Shown: positions 52,051 through 64,000 of the stretch, one piece after another
Layout: each line of letters starts with the position of its first letter
Position numbering within the stretch: the stretch's first letter is position 1
DNA from: Octopus vulgaris
Lineage: Eukaryota
DNA length: 64,000 bases
NCBI GenBank assembly: GCA_951406725.2
Contig: OX597822.1
Span: 28,520,001-28,584,000 of the forward strand
Reading direction: 5' to 3'
The notes under the pieces: model-generated
What the model was told of the DNA's origin: nothing
Seen by the model: the letters and a program-made list of their open reading frames with translations, nothing else
The model's database searches: none
Translations under genes and position numbers: made by a program

Positions 52051-52308
52051 CGGTTATAAACGTTTCGATATAAATTAAATTCGCTGTGCTATTGGATTCC
52101 TTACTCGCTTCCTTTAATTAATGAGTTTCGCCTCAGTAACTTCCCTTACACTAGCTTCCGTAAATTTACCATTGTTTTTCACTATTAGCTCTAACCAAAC
52201 AGAACACAGATCTTCATTATTTCTTTAGAATCATTCATATTATGACGTACCTTATCCGTTTAGTTATCACTTTACAAGTCGTATTTTTATTATTATTATT
52301 ATTATTAT

Positions 52309-55300
52309 CTTTTTTCTTCTTCTTTCAAATTTGCTTCCATTTCTTGCCGAGTGTCTTCCCGACTCCTAGGGCAAAGAAACTCATAGTATACATTGGTAGG
52401 CCATTAAACTAAACTCACTAGTTCGTTCATTTCTTTTTTTTTAAGTTAAATTAAAATACATGGGTAGTAATAGTTATCACATCGACAATGCTCTTCTCAA
52501 TACGTGTGATGTACCAGTTAAGACAATCTTTTGCACTACTTGCAAGGATGGTAAGCCAGGGATCATTCTCATATAATTTTCGGTTCCCTTCTTGATCATT
52601 CCTAGTGCTCCTACGATCACTGGTATTGTAACCGCCTTGAGATACCACATTTTCTCAATTTCAATGAGTAGGTCTTTATATTTTCTGAGCTTGTCAAACT
52701 CTTTCGCTGAGATACTATCATCACAGGGGATGCTCATGTCGATCAATAAGCAAACTTTATTGTTTTGGTCTTTCACAACAATATCTGGTTTATTGGCCTT
52801 GATGGTTCGGTCTGTATGTACTGGAAAGTCCCACAGAATCGTTACATTTTCTCCTTCAGTTACAGCCTCAGGGTGGTGATTGTACCACTTGTCGGCAGTT
52901 CTGACATTGTAATGCCGACTTATTAGCCAGTGTAGATATTGGCCAACTCTGTCATGTCTTAATTTATACTCCTCTGGGGCTAAGACTTTACATCCAGAGA
53001 TTAGGTGGTCCACTGTTTCAATCATGTCGTTGCAGAATCGGCATTTTGGGTTTGTTCAAGTTTTCATCACGTTGGCCTGGTAGTTCCGGGTTATTAGGCT
53101 TTGATCTTGAGCAGCCAGGATGAAACCCTCACTCTCTGCTTTTAGCCCAGAGCTCCGTAGCCACTGATGGGTTTGCTTCTGGTCAACATCAGCTTGTTTG
53201 CTGCGGGCCACATATTTGCCGTGCAGAGGTTTCTCCTCCCACCTATCAGCCAATTGCTCGTGCGCTTTTTTCGTTGCCATTATTTTCACCTTCTTTGCAA
53301 CAATAGTTGCCATACATCCCTCGGGTTGTTCAGTTTCTGTATCCTGCACGAGATCAATAGCAAATGTTTTGCTTTCCTTTATGATAGAATGAAGCTTCTT
53401 TCGTCTCTCGTGATTTTCCAAGAGCTTTAGCATCCAGTCATTCGTTATTTCGAGATATTTGGCCAGTCCAATTATGGTTGTTTTGTAAGCTTGTTCAAAT
53501 TGGATCAGGCCTCGACCTCCTAGGGCTCTGGGAAGGTAAAGGCGATCTACGTCTGCCTTTGGGTGGTGCATCCTATTACAACTCAGCAGCTTGCGTATTT
53601 TCCTATCTATATTCTTTACCTCACTCATATTCCAGTTAAACACATTGTAGCTATAAGTAACAACTGGAATTGCTAAGGAATTTATAGCTAACACCTTGTT
53701 ACGTGCATTTAGTTCAGATTTCAGGACTGCACGAACTCTCCTATAACATTCCTTCCTGATCTTCTCTTTCATGCTTGCATTCTGAATACCAGAGCCTTTA
53801 TTTATCCCTAAATATTTGTATGTTTGTTCTTGCTCAAGCTCTCTTATGACTGTGTCAACATCTAACGCGACTGCATTTGTGGTCTTCCCTTTCCCTTTCT
53901 GGAAAGTGGCCTTGGCACACTTCTTAAGTCCAAACTCAATCCCGATGTCATCGCTGAATGTTTTCACAGTGCGCAATAGGCCTTCAAGTTCATTATTGTC
54001 TTTACCATAGAGTTTTAAGTCATCCATATAAAATAGATGGCTTATTTTTTTATTGGCAATTTTATACCCATACTCTGTTCTGTTTAATTCACTTGTAAGG
54101 GGTATTAGGGCTATGCAGAATATTAAAGGTGAAAGTGAGTCACCTTGAAAAATTACACAGTTGATGTTTATATTTTCTGAGGCAAGTACTCCATTAGAGT
54201 GGTATAATTGGAGATTCGTATTCCACAACGACATATTGTGCTTCAGAAAGTTTGAAATCACAGGGGAAATTTTGAAGATGTCCAGCGATCTCAAGATCCA
54301 TGGATGCGGTATACTGTCGAAGGCCTTTTTATAGTCAATCCATGCGGAGCGAGATTTCTGCGCTTGTTGTGACAGTTCTCCAGGATCATACGATTAATAA
54401 GCAGTTGATCTTTGCATCCGTATGAGCCTCGGCGGCACCCTTTTTATTCAATGGGGAAAATATCGTTCTTCTCCATGAATGCATATGTTTCCTCCGCCAG
54501 GATAGATGTTAGGATTTTATGCGTGGTGGATAGACAGGTTATAGGCCGATAGTTTTTTGGAAGGTTGGTTTCGTTATTCTATGGGAGTAGGTAAGTAATA
54601 CCACTTGCTAACCAATCAGGTGTTTTCTTTGGGTCTCTCATAATTCCATTGAGCAGCTGAACTAGCTTACCGTGTGCACATGGGAGCGATGCGATCCAGA
54701 AATTCGGCACTCTATCTTTACCGGGGAATTTCCAATTATGGGCCTTGATGAGTGCCTTTCTTAGGTCTGCTATTGTGATGTCTTCCCCATGCTTGTTGTC
54801 GTAAATTTTGGTAGGATCCTTCAGTTTGTAAAAACCAGTCTGCATTTATGTTGTACGTCTTCTTGTCACTCCAAATCCATTTCAAAAGTTTTGAACTTCT
54901 TCCATGGGAGGGGGGTCTTTAACGGTTACTTTCTCCTTCCCTATTTCTCTGTAGAATTTTTTGGCATTGGATGTGAACAGCTTATTTTGCTTGTAAAACT
55001 TGTTTCTCTTCTCAAATCTTCGTATTCTTTGGGCTTTTGCTTGGACTTTTTGTTTCAGCGTTTCTTTTATTGATATCAGTTCTTCTCTTGGTGAGGATCC
55101 AAATTTTCTCTGCATCTTTCTTCCTGTTCTGGATCTTACATCATTTCCACATATTAGTTCATTTAATATTGATATTTCCCCTCTCATAAATTCAATCTCT
55201 TTTTCAATTTTACTTCTCCTGGTTTGGTTTTCTTTGTTTTTTCGGGGGCATACAGCTGGTTTCAATTGCCCTAGCAGAAGTGTAAATAATTTCATTTAAC

Positions 55301-56165
55301 TCAGGAAAATCAGGTTTTAATTCTTGTATTATTTCAGTTGCCAATTTGGATTTGTTTTTTATTTTGGTTTGTATTTGAGAGTTTATGAAGTAGTTCTCTA
55401 TCATTCATACTTGTATGTCTTACAACTTCAAGCGTATTCAGGATTTTCTGCCTCATTTCTGCCATAGACTCTCTATGTTCTTCAGCAAATGCGAAATCTT
55501 CAGTTACTGTTGTTTTATCATTTTCCTGGCTATCTTCAACAGGTACAATAGAATTTCTTGTATCTTCAGGCCTTTGCGTACTTTGGTCAGATGGCAGTCT
55601 TTCAATTAAGCCTCGTGGCGGGCTATACTGTTCATCTGATTCTTCATTTCCTTTGTGTCTTATATTTATGTCATTTTCCGTTGCGTGCTTGATCGCGCTT
55701 ATTTCAGTGTTTGTGAGTCTGTTATTTCTAAGGATATCCCTCATCACATTTGCCAATTTGTTCTCGTCCAAATAGGGCCTACTGTCTTGATTCCTTGTTC
55801 TCCATATACTGTAAGAGTTTGCGGTGTGTCTCTCTTGAGATGGCCTACCTAATGCATAGTAATAAGCGTATATTACTTCTTTATACTCTTCTCGGGTCCA
55901 TTTGTTCCGCTTACATTTTCTTTCTGTGGTGGTTGTGGTGGTGAACTTAGAGGGCTCGAGTTGGAGGATTTCCCGTTCAAGTGACCATCCATGTCCGTAT
56001 TCGGAGAAGAGTTTGTGTCAGTTTCGATCCCAGGCTGGCTCTTCCCTGGGGGACGCGCTTCCAGATTAACCATAGGACAAGTGATTTGGTTAGTTTCCAA
56101 AAACATTTTGGTGCGACGATAATGTTATCATTTTTGAGCTTTGATTGGCACGTGGGGAAACGGCC
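52309..56165 (-). mobile_element. Near full-length R4/Dong-clade non-LTR retrotransposon (RT, CCHC, restriction-like endonuclease), inactivated
   Basis: NYRPITCL, WIDYKKAFDSIPH, IFQGDSLSPL, YMDDLKLY, CRFC..ETVDHLISGC, RHD, NKPDIV..ID..K..KY; the ORF is broken into several frames; 3' end abuts (TAA)n. Confidence 0.9.
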
Positions 56166-57212
56166 ATCATTGCTGTTACTATTATAATCGTACCATTATA
56201 GCAGCCGTAGTCGGCTTATTATTGTTATTATCATCACCATTATTATCACTATCATCATTATTATCACCACCATTACCATCATCATTATCATCAACTCCAT
56301 CATCATTATTATCATCAATAATATAGTTTTATGTGTAGTCACAGCAGTATCTTATTATTGTTATTTTTGTTTTTTATCATTATCACCATCACAGTAGTGT
56401 CTGTGTGTCTCGTTGGCTGGCTTGGTGGTTGGCTGGCTGGCTGTCTTCAACGCCAGAGTTCTTGCCTGTCAAATAATACTTTCATATTTGGTTAACATCT
56501 AAAGAGCCGAGGTGAGGTTTGTGTTGGTTGAACTATGTGAGTGTGTGTGTGTGTGTAGATAGATAGATAGATAGATTATCAGCACTATTACTATCATTAT
56601 TATCATCATCACCATCATCACCATCACCATCAGTGATTTTTTTTTTTTTTCAGGTGGGGTCTTATCGGTCAAAAAAAGTTCAAATTTTTACTACTACTTA
56701 AGAAAAATTAAGGAAGGGCTGTTCTGTATTGTTTGTGGATAGAGAAGTTGTGTTCGACCAGAGAGAATCTTAGCATCATTATTTTTTTTTTTCATATGCG
56801 TTTGTGTTATTGCAATAAAAAGTGTTTGTTTATTTCGTGTAAGGTTTATTTATGGAGGTTGAAGTTGACTTTCTAGAGATGTTTGTATGTCCAGTTAGAA
56901 GAACAGGTGTGTTTTTGCAATAAAAATTATATGTTTACATTTATATTTGAATATTCAGGAAGGAAGCAGAGAAAAGTCAGATTTTCAAAGAAAGTTTTAG
57001 TGTTTTGAAAGTCCACAAATAGAAAAGCGTGATGTTTTTAGAGAGAAGAAAAAAAAGGGTGTTTAGAGAGGCAGTTGTGGGTATTAAAGTTTTTGAAGCT
57101 GATCGGATGTATGTTTGAAAGCTGTAGATATGTAACTTTGTAAATATCTTAACTTATTTTGAAGAGAATTTTAAATACTTACAAGATATTGTAGATGTTC
57201 CAGTCTTTCAGA

Positions 57213-57257
<45 letters not shown>

Positions 57258-59651
57258 TATATCAGTTCTATTATATGTGGTTAATAGGCTCCAACTATTG
57301 AATACACTAATTTTTTTTAAACTTGTGTGATGCAATAATTTGGGCTAAACAAATATTCTGCCGATTAGGGTTTAAAAAAAGTAAATTACACGGCTTTGAG
57401 TGGGCTCACTTGGACTTTAAATGATATGGACACTAAACATACCGTTGGGTATTCGAAACGTGATCTCTGCTTGGAAGAATCATTCCATATCCTTACTTGT
57501 ACTTTCAGATTATTTAATCCCAGAAACAAATTAGCAGTAAAATGCGCACAGTTATTTAGAAAAGTTTTCATTATTTCCAAATAAGATTCCTTATTTACAA
57601 ATCACGTAGATGAAAGTACACATAAGTTAACCCAGTTAGCTTATATTGCAAATTTACTTACGTTTTAATAAATTTTCACTAATCCTAACTATTATTTATT
57701 TTTTGGAAGGGGAGAAATAATACAAAATATGGTTAGAATGAATATTTACTTCACACAACATATATTGATTAAGCTTACGTTAACATCTCAGATTGTTTAG
57801 CAAAATCTATTGTAATTCATAGAGCAGTAAATGAAACGGTATTGATTAATTGCTTTGATTTCATAATATTAGCGCAAAGGTTTTGTAATTTAGATAATTA
57901 TAAAAAAAGGGACACTTTTTCCTTCATGCAAATTCATATATATTAGTTACATAAATGGAATAAATGAAGATTGGAACAGCAAGGCTAACTGGAAATATAC
58001 AACACGAGCCGAGCTTTCAGAATTAATATTGACTGGACTCGATTCAGAGAACGGATAAGGCAAGAAATGTTACGCTTTCCCAACAACATTAGCAATATCA
58101 GTTCACGTTTACACAGAAACCTGCAGTAATGTTACTTAAAATCTACTGATAACGTTTACTGAGAAGCTCAAACTATATCGGTAAATTTCATGGAAGATAA
58201 CTTTCAAATTTCGTTCAGCATTTGAAATAGCAGCAGGCAAGCTATGTTAATAGAAAGAATGACTATAACAGAGAGGCTTTTCAGTCTTCATAAACCTATA
58301 GAGGAACATGGATATTCAACACGTAATAAAAAACAAATTTTGTATTTATGAAGTGCTTTTTATTATATTCTCTTTATATAATTTAATATTACAGATATAG
58401 AGTACGTAAGTTAAAATGCTCATCATTAATGACAGGATATTATGATTCATTTAATCCCGTTGTTTTACTATGTATTAGACCATAAGAATAACAGCTAAGG
58501 AGTCGACATCGTCTGATTATTATATGGTATACATATCGTGGTTTGGATATTGTCATTGATTTAACACATTTATATGGAAGTAATACCACAATAAGAAATA
58601 GCGTTTACAATACACTGATTTTGCTCATGGCGAAACAATTATTTTCTTATGCAAAACGACCAAAAGACTTGTTGAAAATATTATAAAACTGGTGCGATAT
58701 TGTCAGCATTCTTTTTAACAACATCAGATCTCTCCGTAGATAACGTTTAACGGACAGAAAGGGAAACGCCCAGCAACATTTTGCTTGCTGGACAAATAAG
58801 AGCTGATTATTAGAGAATTAATTGGATAACTGAAAGCGACGAATAATAATATTTTAATAGAGTTGGCATAGAAATGCGATACATGAGTGGTAGACTATTA
58901 TCACACACACTAGTATCTCTACAAATCCCGTTACATGTGACGTAATAAATGTTTTTCAAAGCGTTTTCCGAAACGTACATCAGGATTATTCCAAATGTGT
59001 GAGGAAGAGATTATATAATATAGGAAGTCAACGAGACTATTTAAAACCATTTAAAATCGTTTGAGCGAACTAAAAGACAGGGAGAGAGACATGAGTGAGC
59101 TCAAACTTCATAAAACCCACATATTCGTAAAATGTTAGGTCAACAGAAAATAAATGGGATACAAAAAAGAATAGAAAAAAAGGATACAATAAAATTACTA
59201 ACTATATGGGATTTTCAGCAAAAAGTGAGTCCGTTCAACAGCTCAGGTGGACATGAAAATTTTAATATATTGAAGAACAGAAGAAATTGCCAAAAATAAA
59301 AGGGCAAGTTACTGAAAGAAATAGGCACGTACCCTTCACACTTGCAAGGCGTTTATCTTATACGAATTCAAATAGAATCTAGAAAACATAACTTTTCTTT
59401 TTTCGTTTTTTTCATTTCTTTTTTCCGAATCGGCATTTTTCCGAATCGGAATTTCAGTTCAGAGTGTTGTTAATTGTTGAACTTGGTAACCTCAGCTGAT
59501 TCATAGTCTCGAAGATCTATAGTCAAAGGTATTCTAGTAACAGCCATCACGTCATTTATTCAGATTTAATATATAATTTATTATCCATTATTTCCATCTT
59601 CATTCCACTGACGATATTGAGTAACCCACATTGGTTAGCTTGACTGCACAA

Positions 59652-61643
59652 CTAAGGAGTTATATTCGTTGATGTTGTTTTATGAGCGAAATTAACATCA
59701 ACAGATTCTTTTGCGGATGTTTTTGTAATTTTTTGCAGATTCTGAAAAATACTACGTCGAGCAATACTTGTTGATAGAAACGATAAACATATAAGTAATC
59801 CAACGAATGAGTTTAAAATACAAAATAATAGAGAAAATTCTTCAATTCTTGTAAACGTATACAGAAATGCGAATGTCCATGTTAGCCCCATGATAAAGAA
59901 TAGTTTTACGCAAATGATAAACTCCAATTTCTTATGTTTTGATAAATATTTCGAAGAGAGTTTGCGTGCCAAATACAGCCCTCTAGCGGTGAGGGTAAAC
60001 GCTATGATATTAAGACATAAAATAAACATTACAGGGATTAAATAAAACCATAGCAGACTTTTTCCATTTTTAATCCAGCAAATATCTTTTCCATACTCTG
60101 GGGAAAGTCCATGATTTCCAGGAATATACTCAAATACCAGTGATACTGTTACTATTACAAGTGGACAGATCCAAGCATACAAGGAACAAAATACAAATCT
60201 CTTGGTATGTTTTCCTTTACTTCGAAGTTGTGTTAGTCCCGAGAAAGTGTACCAAGCATCAAATGACATGACATTCATCCAGAAGAAAGTCGCTAGAAAC
60301 GAATAATGCATTACTACAGCTAAAGATTTACACAGCACTGTAGATGTAGTAACTTGTGATGAGATAAGAAAGAGAAGCTCAGCTGCAAACAGTGCTGATA
60401 AAAGACTAATGAGCAATTTACCTGGTAAGGTACGGAGATCAGGTATACAGAGATAGACTATAATGGTGATTGCTAGAGCTGGAATAGAGATTACGAGTCC
60501 CACTAATGTGATATAGCTCTCAGCTACGGAATATTTTGATATACCATTGATATTTGATATATTATTGGTACCATTGTTTACACAGATACTTATTATACCC
60601 TGAGAATCACGAGTGAATTCTGATTGGTTCAGCAAACGTTGGGTATTATTTAAGTAGAGAAGATCATCATTAGTGACGTAATACTCAGATTCATTTAATT
60701 TTGTTGTCGTACAGTTTAGTGCAGGATGGTAGATGACTTGTCGACATTTCTTAACTCTCAAATCGTAGATAGCGTATTTTGGACAGGAGGGAGACTGCAC
60801 ATGTCTATTTTCCGTTTGGCCTAATTCATTTCTTACCTTTACAGTATTGGTATAATAATCAAAAAGTATTGTTAGAGGAAAAGGTTCTACTCTGTAAGCT
60901 ATTTCACGATAATTCACTTTACAAATATCACTGGAAAACCCGTTGCATATAGCACAACCTTTGTTTTTGTAAACTTTAAGAAATTTATATATGCCATTTA
61001 CAAGGTAGTCTGTGCTAGACTCCATATATATCAATGCCATTGGCTCAGACTCACATGCCATTATTTGTTCCTTATTATTGTTATCTTGAGGACAATTCGA
61101 AATATATGGTGTACAACTATGCAAATATTTGATCAAATATGATTGAAGCTCTACTGTTGGCCTACATCTATCCTTGAGATAATTTGATATATTTTCAAAG
61201 GTTACATTAGAGATTCTGTCGCAGTTATATAAAAGATTGCAGAGAATGAATTCCTCTCCATGACACAGAGCACAATACAGGTTCCTGTAGAGTCTTTTAC
61301 TTGTTTTACCAAAAGCAGGAATGATCTGCAGTTGATCCTCTGAGTCCGGATATTCACAGTTGTTAACATACTCAATAACATCATGGTTATCTGGACAACG
61401 GTCAAACTGATAAGCATAATAATCACCAGCTTTTCGGCAACTCATAGTTGGGTAGTATGTGATAGAAGAGGTCTTATGAATAATGTCAGAACAGCATCCA
61501 TTGTAGAGGTAGCAGTCTGGTTGACACGAACAACGTTCCGATGCGCCATCTGAACACAAAGCTGGGCTACAATTGTTGAAGTATCCTGCATGTGTTATAA
61601 CACTTGAGAACAAAAGAATGCAAACTAAAAACAATGTTTCCAT
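59652..61643 (-). CDS. Family-B Methuselah-like GPCR, 663 aa (receptor 4)
   Basis: Intact paralog; ATG at 61643 (METLFL) aligns with the starts of the other copies; same domain order. Confidence 0.93.
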   Translation of the reverse strand: METLFLVCILLFSSVITHAGYFNNCSPALCSDGASERCSCQPDCYLYNGCCSDIIHKTSSITYYPTMSCRKAGDYYAYQFDRCPDNHDVIEYVNNCEYPDSEDQLQIIPAFGKTSKRLYRNLYCALCHGEEFILCNLLYNCDRISNVTFENISNYLKDRCRPTVELQSYLIKYLHSCTPYISNCPQDNNNKEQIMACESEPMALIYMESSTDYLVNGIYKFLKVYKNKGCAICNGFSSDICKVNYREIAYRVEPFPLTILFDYYTNTVKVRNELGQTENRHVQSPSCPKYAIYDLRVKKCRQVIYHPALNCTTTKLNESEYYVTNDDLLYLNNTQRLLNQSEFTRDSQGIISICVNNGTNNISNINGISKYSVAESYITLVGLVISIPALAITIIVYLCIPDLRTLPGKLLISLLSALFAAELLFLISSQVTTSTVLCKSLAVVMHYSFLATFFWMNVMSFDAWYTFSGLTQLRSKGKHTKRFVFCSLYAWICPLVIVTVSLVFEYIPGNHGLSPEYGKDICWIKNGKSLLWFYLIPVMFILCLNIIAFTLTARGLYLARKLSSKYLSKHKKLEFIICVKLFFIMGLTWTFAFLYTFTRIEEFSLLFCILNSFVGLLICLSFLSTSIARRSIFQNLQKITKTSAKESVDVNFAHKTTSTNITP

Positions 61644-61952
61644 TTTAAAAGATATAATTAATGATGCATGAATTAACCTTTCAAATCCTAATAGTTCTTT
61701 GATATTTTGCTTCACTGCTGTAATTTTACAAGATCTGACAGGTATTTTTAAAATTTTGCAATGTTTCCTGATGATACAATGACTATTACCTTAACAATAT
61801 TTTCATTCCGAAGCGGGGTAATGAAATTAATTTCGGTAGATTTAGATTCTTGGATTTTATTGGTATTAAATGTTGAATGTTCGCGACTCGGCTACTTAGC
61901 GTCACATATATGCATGTATGAATATATATAGATCCGAAGATAATTGAGGCAT

Positions 61953-62050
61953 CTGCAAAAGAACAAATATTTCATTAAACATACTATTATTGTAAACATT
62001 GATACATATTCAAGAACACACGCATATACACAGATAAACACGCACGCATG

Positions 62051-62109
<59 letters not shown>

Positions 62110-62325
62110 ACTTAAAAACAAGGGCAAAGGAAAAAATTCTAATGCCAAATATGCCGAAAATAACCATATAATTTATCACTATAAGCACGCGTCTTGAAAG
62201 CAAGCCGATAGAAATTTCTAAAAAATTTCCTTATTATCGAATCGGCCCCGATTTCTGGGTTAATTCATTTAGAATTTTCTCGTCATCAGCGATAAATACG
62301 ATAAGAAAATTAATGAGATACTTAC
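61953..62325 (-). other. Candidate 5'UTR intron of receptor 4
   Basis: CAA|GTAAGT ... tttgttcttttgcag|ATG, as in receptor 3. Confidence 0.6.
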
Positions 62326-62490
62326 TTGTACCCACGGAAGAAGTAAACACTAAGTCCTGTCTGCACTTAAGTACCCCAAATATATTCAAAATAGAAATTC
62401 AACAGCATTCTTCGAGACACGTGTGATTCACTTCGGGACTCTCTCACTCTATGAGAATTTTCAGTCCGATCACATATTTTTTTTTATTTA

Positions 62491-62567
<77 letters not shown>

Positions 62568-64000
62568 TAGTGTTGTTGTTATACATACATACATACAAGC
62601 ATACGTAATGAAAATAATAATAAGTGGATGTAAACACATGAACAACATACGAATAAACAAAAACAACAATAAAAGCAAATTACACGAACATATATAAACA
62701 GAAGATACAAATATTACAGGCATCCCTCCACCACACACACACTAACTAAACATAGACGCACATAGAGATATAAGCGTGCGCAAATGAAGATATACAATAG
62801 AAATACAAAATGGCTGACGGTTAGTAAGGAGAGACACAAATAAGAAAGAAGAAAACAAAGGACCACTGATGCAGTCACAGGAGTGTGACGAAAGAACTCT
62901 GGCTGAAATTAGATTAAGATTAATGTCCAAAATAAATATCACTGAAGCAAAATAACACCAAATATATAGTGCGTGTGTTTTTATTGGCTAAAACTGGCAA
63001 AATGACCATTCCGAAATATAACAATATCTGTTTTAACACACGATTTCACATAAATAATCTTGCACAACAAATATATAAACGTACAATAATACGGCTGAAA
63101 CAAAATAAAAGCAGAGAGGCGCAACGAAGTAGAAGGATAAATGTTGTCAGTGTCTTACCGCTGTGCAGAGGAAAACAGTGATATCATTACACAGAAAGCA
63201 TTGCTTAAATTTTGCATGGTAAAGAATATTGCTCTTACCAATATCCAAACTTGGTTTCGGTGCTCGGACGTCGCAACAACAGTCGCCGTTACCTCCTATA
63301 GCTAGATGTGAATTGAAAGCAGGATGGGCACAATGTCATTGAAAGTGATAGGAAAAGAAGACAGAGAGAGTGAATGAGAACGACAGAGATATCGACAATA
63401 AAGTGGAATCAAATGACAAGTAGCAAAGTGGTCAATATGTAGCTGCCGTTTTCCGGAAGCAATCTAAGAACAATAATACGGCTGAGTCAGAGAGAGAAAC
63501 AAAAGAAAGAATACAGTAACATTATCACTAAGAGAGAGTTCACAAGGAGGACATATACAGTGTATAGTAAATATTTCGAAATACAGCGATATCTTTATGG
63601 AGAATACATTGGTTAATTTGCATGGAAGCTTATGCTGCTGTTCCTGATATCCAGAGTTTGTCTAAGAACTGAGATTGTGGAAGTATTTGCACCTGCAGCT
63701 GTTAATTGATGTTTAATGAAACCAGAATGGGTAAAATGTCATTAAGAGAGAGAAGGATAAAGATGTTACCGATATAATAAGACGGATTTTCATTAAAACT
63801 AGGATGGGACAAATGTCGTTAAAAGAGAGAGGGGTAGACGAACATATCTCCAAGAGAGTGTTAACGAAGGAGAGGTACGAAGGCTTGCTGGTATGTGGCA
63901 GATCTGTTGAGTAGTAAACAAAGAACAATGAGAGAAGGAGAAAAAAGGAAGAGAAAACAGTGTGATACATATCGTGGATAAATTCGTTAATTTACATGCA

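Larger units (their letters stand above)
50560..64000 (+). repeat. Segmental duplication copy B (runs off the window end)
   Basis: See copy A; carries its own SINE A and R4/Dong-like insertions. Confidence 0.9.

Noticed and set aside
61644-61715. N-terminal extensions in the ORF track for receptors 4 and 2 (24720-24740)
   Set aside because: Non-ATG starts; the aligned ATG followed by a signal peptide lies downstream

Overview
AT-rich, microsatellite-dense eukaryotic DNA. The SINE families and repeat landscape suggest an octopod cephalopod (inference). The only host genes are a tandem array of four paralogous family-B, Methuselah-like 7TM receptors, each with its whole CDS in one exon: signal peptide, somatomedin-B-like motif, Cys-rich ectodomain, glycosylated stalk and 7TM. 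Three are intact (7552-9594 +, 22623-24719 -, 59652-61643 -). One is disabled (38739-40652 -) by several frameshifts and a clean loss of TM3 with a stop. Copies 3 and 4 lie in a direct segmental duplication (about 31.2-42.8 kb vs 50.6-64 kb). The paralogs are mosaics: near-identical stalk/TM1-2 and conversion-like tracts surround two short hypervariable ectodomain loops, which suggests a diversifying receptor repertoire. The rest is TE debris: Penelope-like elements (several with minimal hammerhead-ribozyme motifs), R4/Dong-type LINEs, CR1/Jockey-like fragments, mariner/Tc1 relics, three tRNA-like SINE families and fold-back elements. Nearly all short ORFs in the track are microsatellite or antisense artefacts. 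TE boundaries are approximate and identities were judged by eye.
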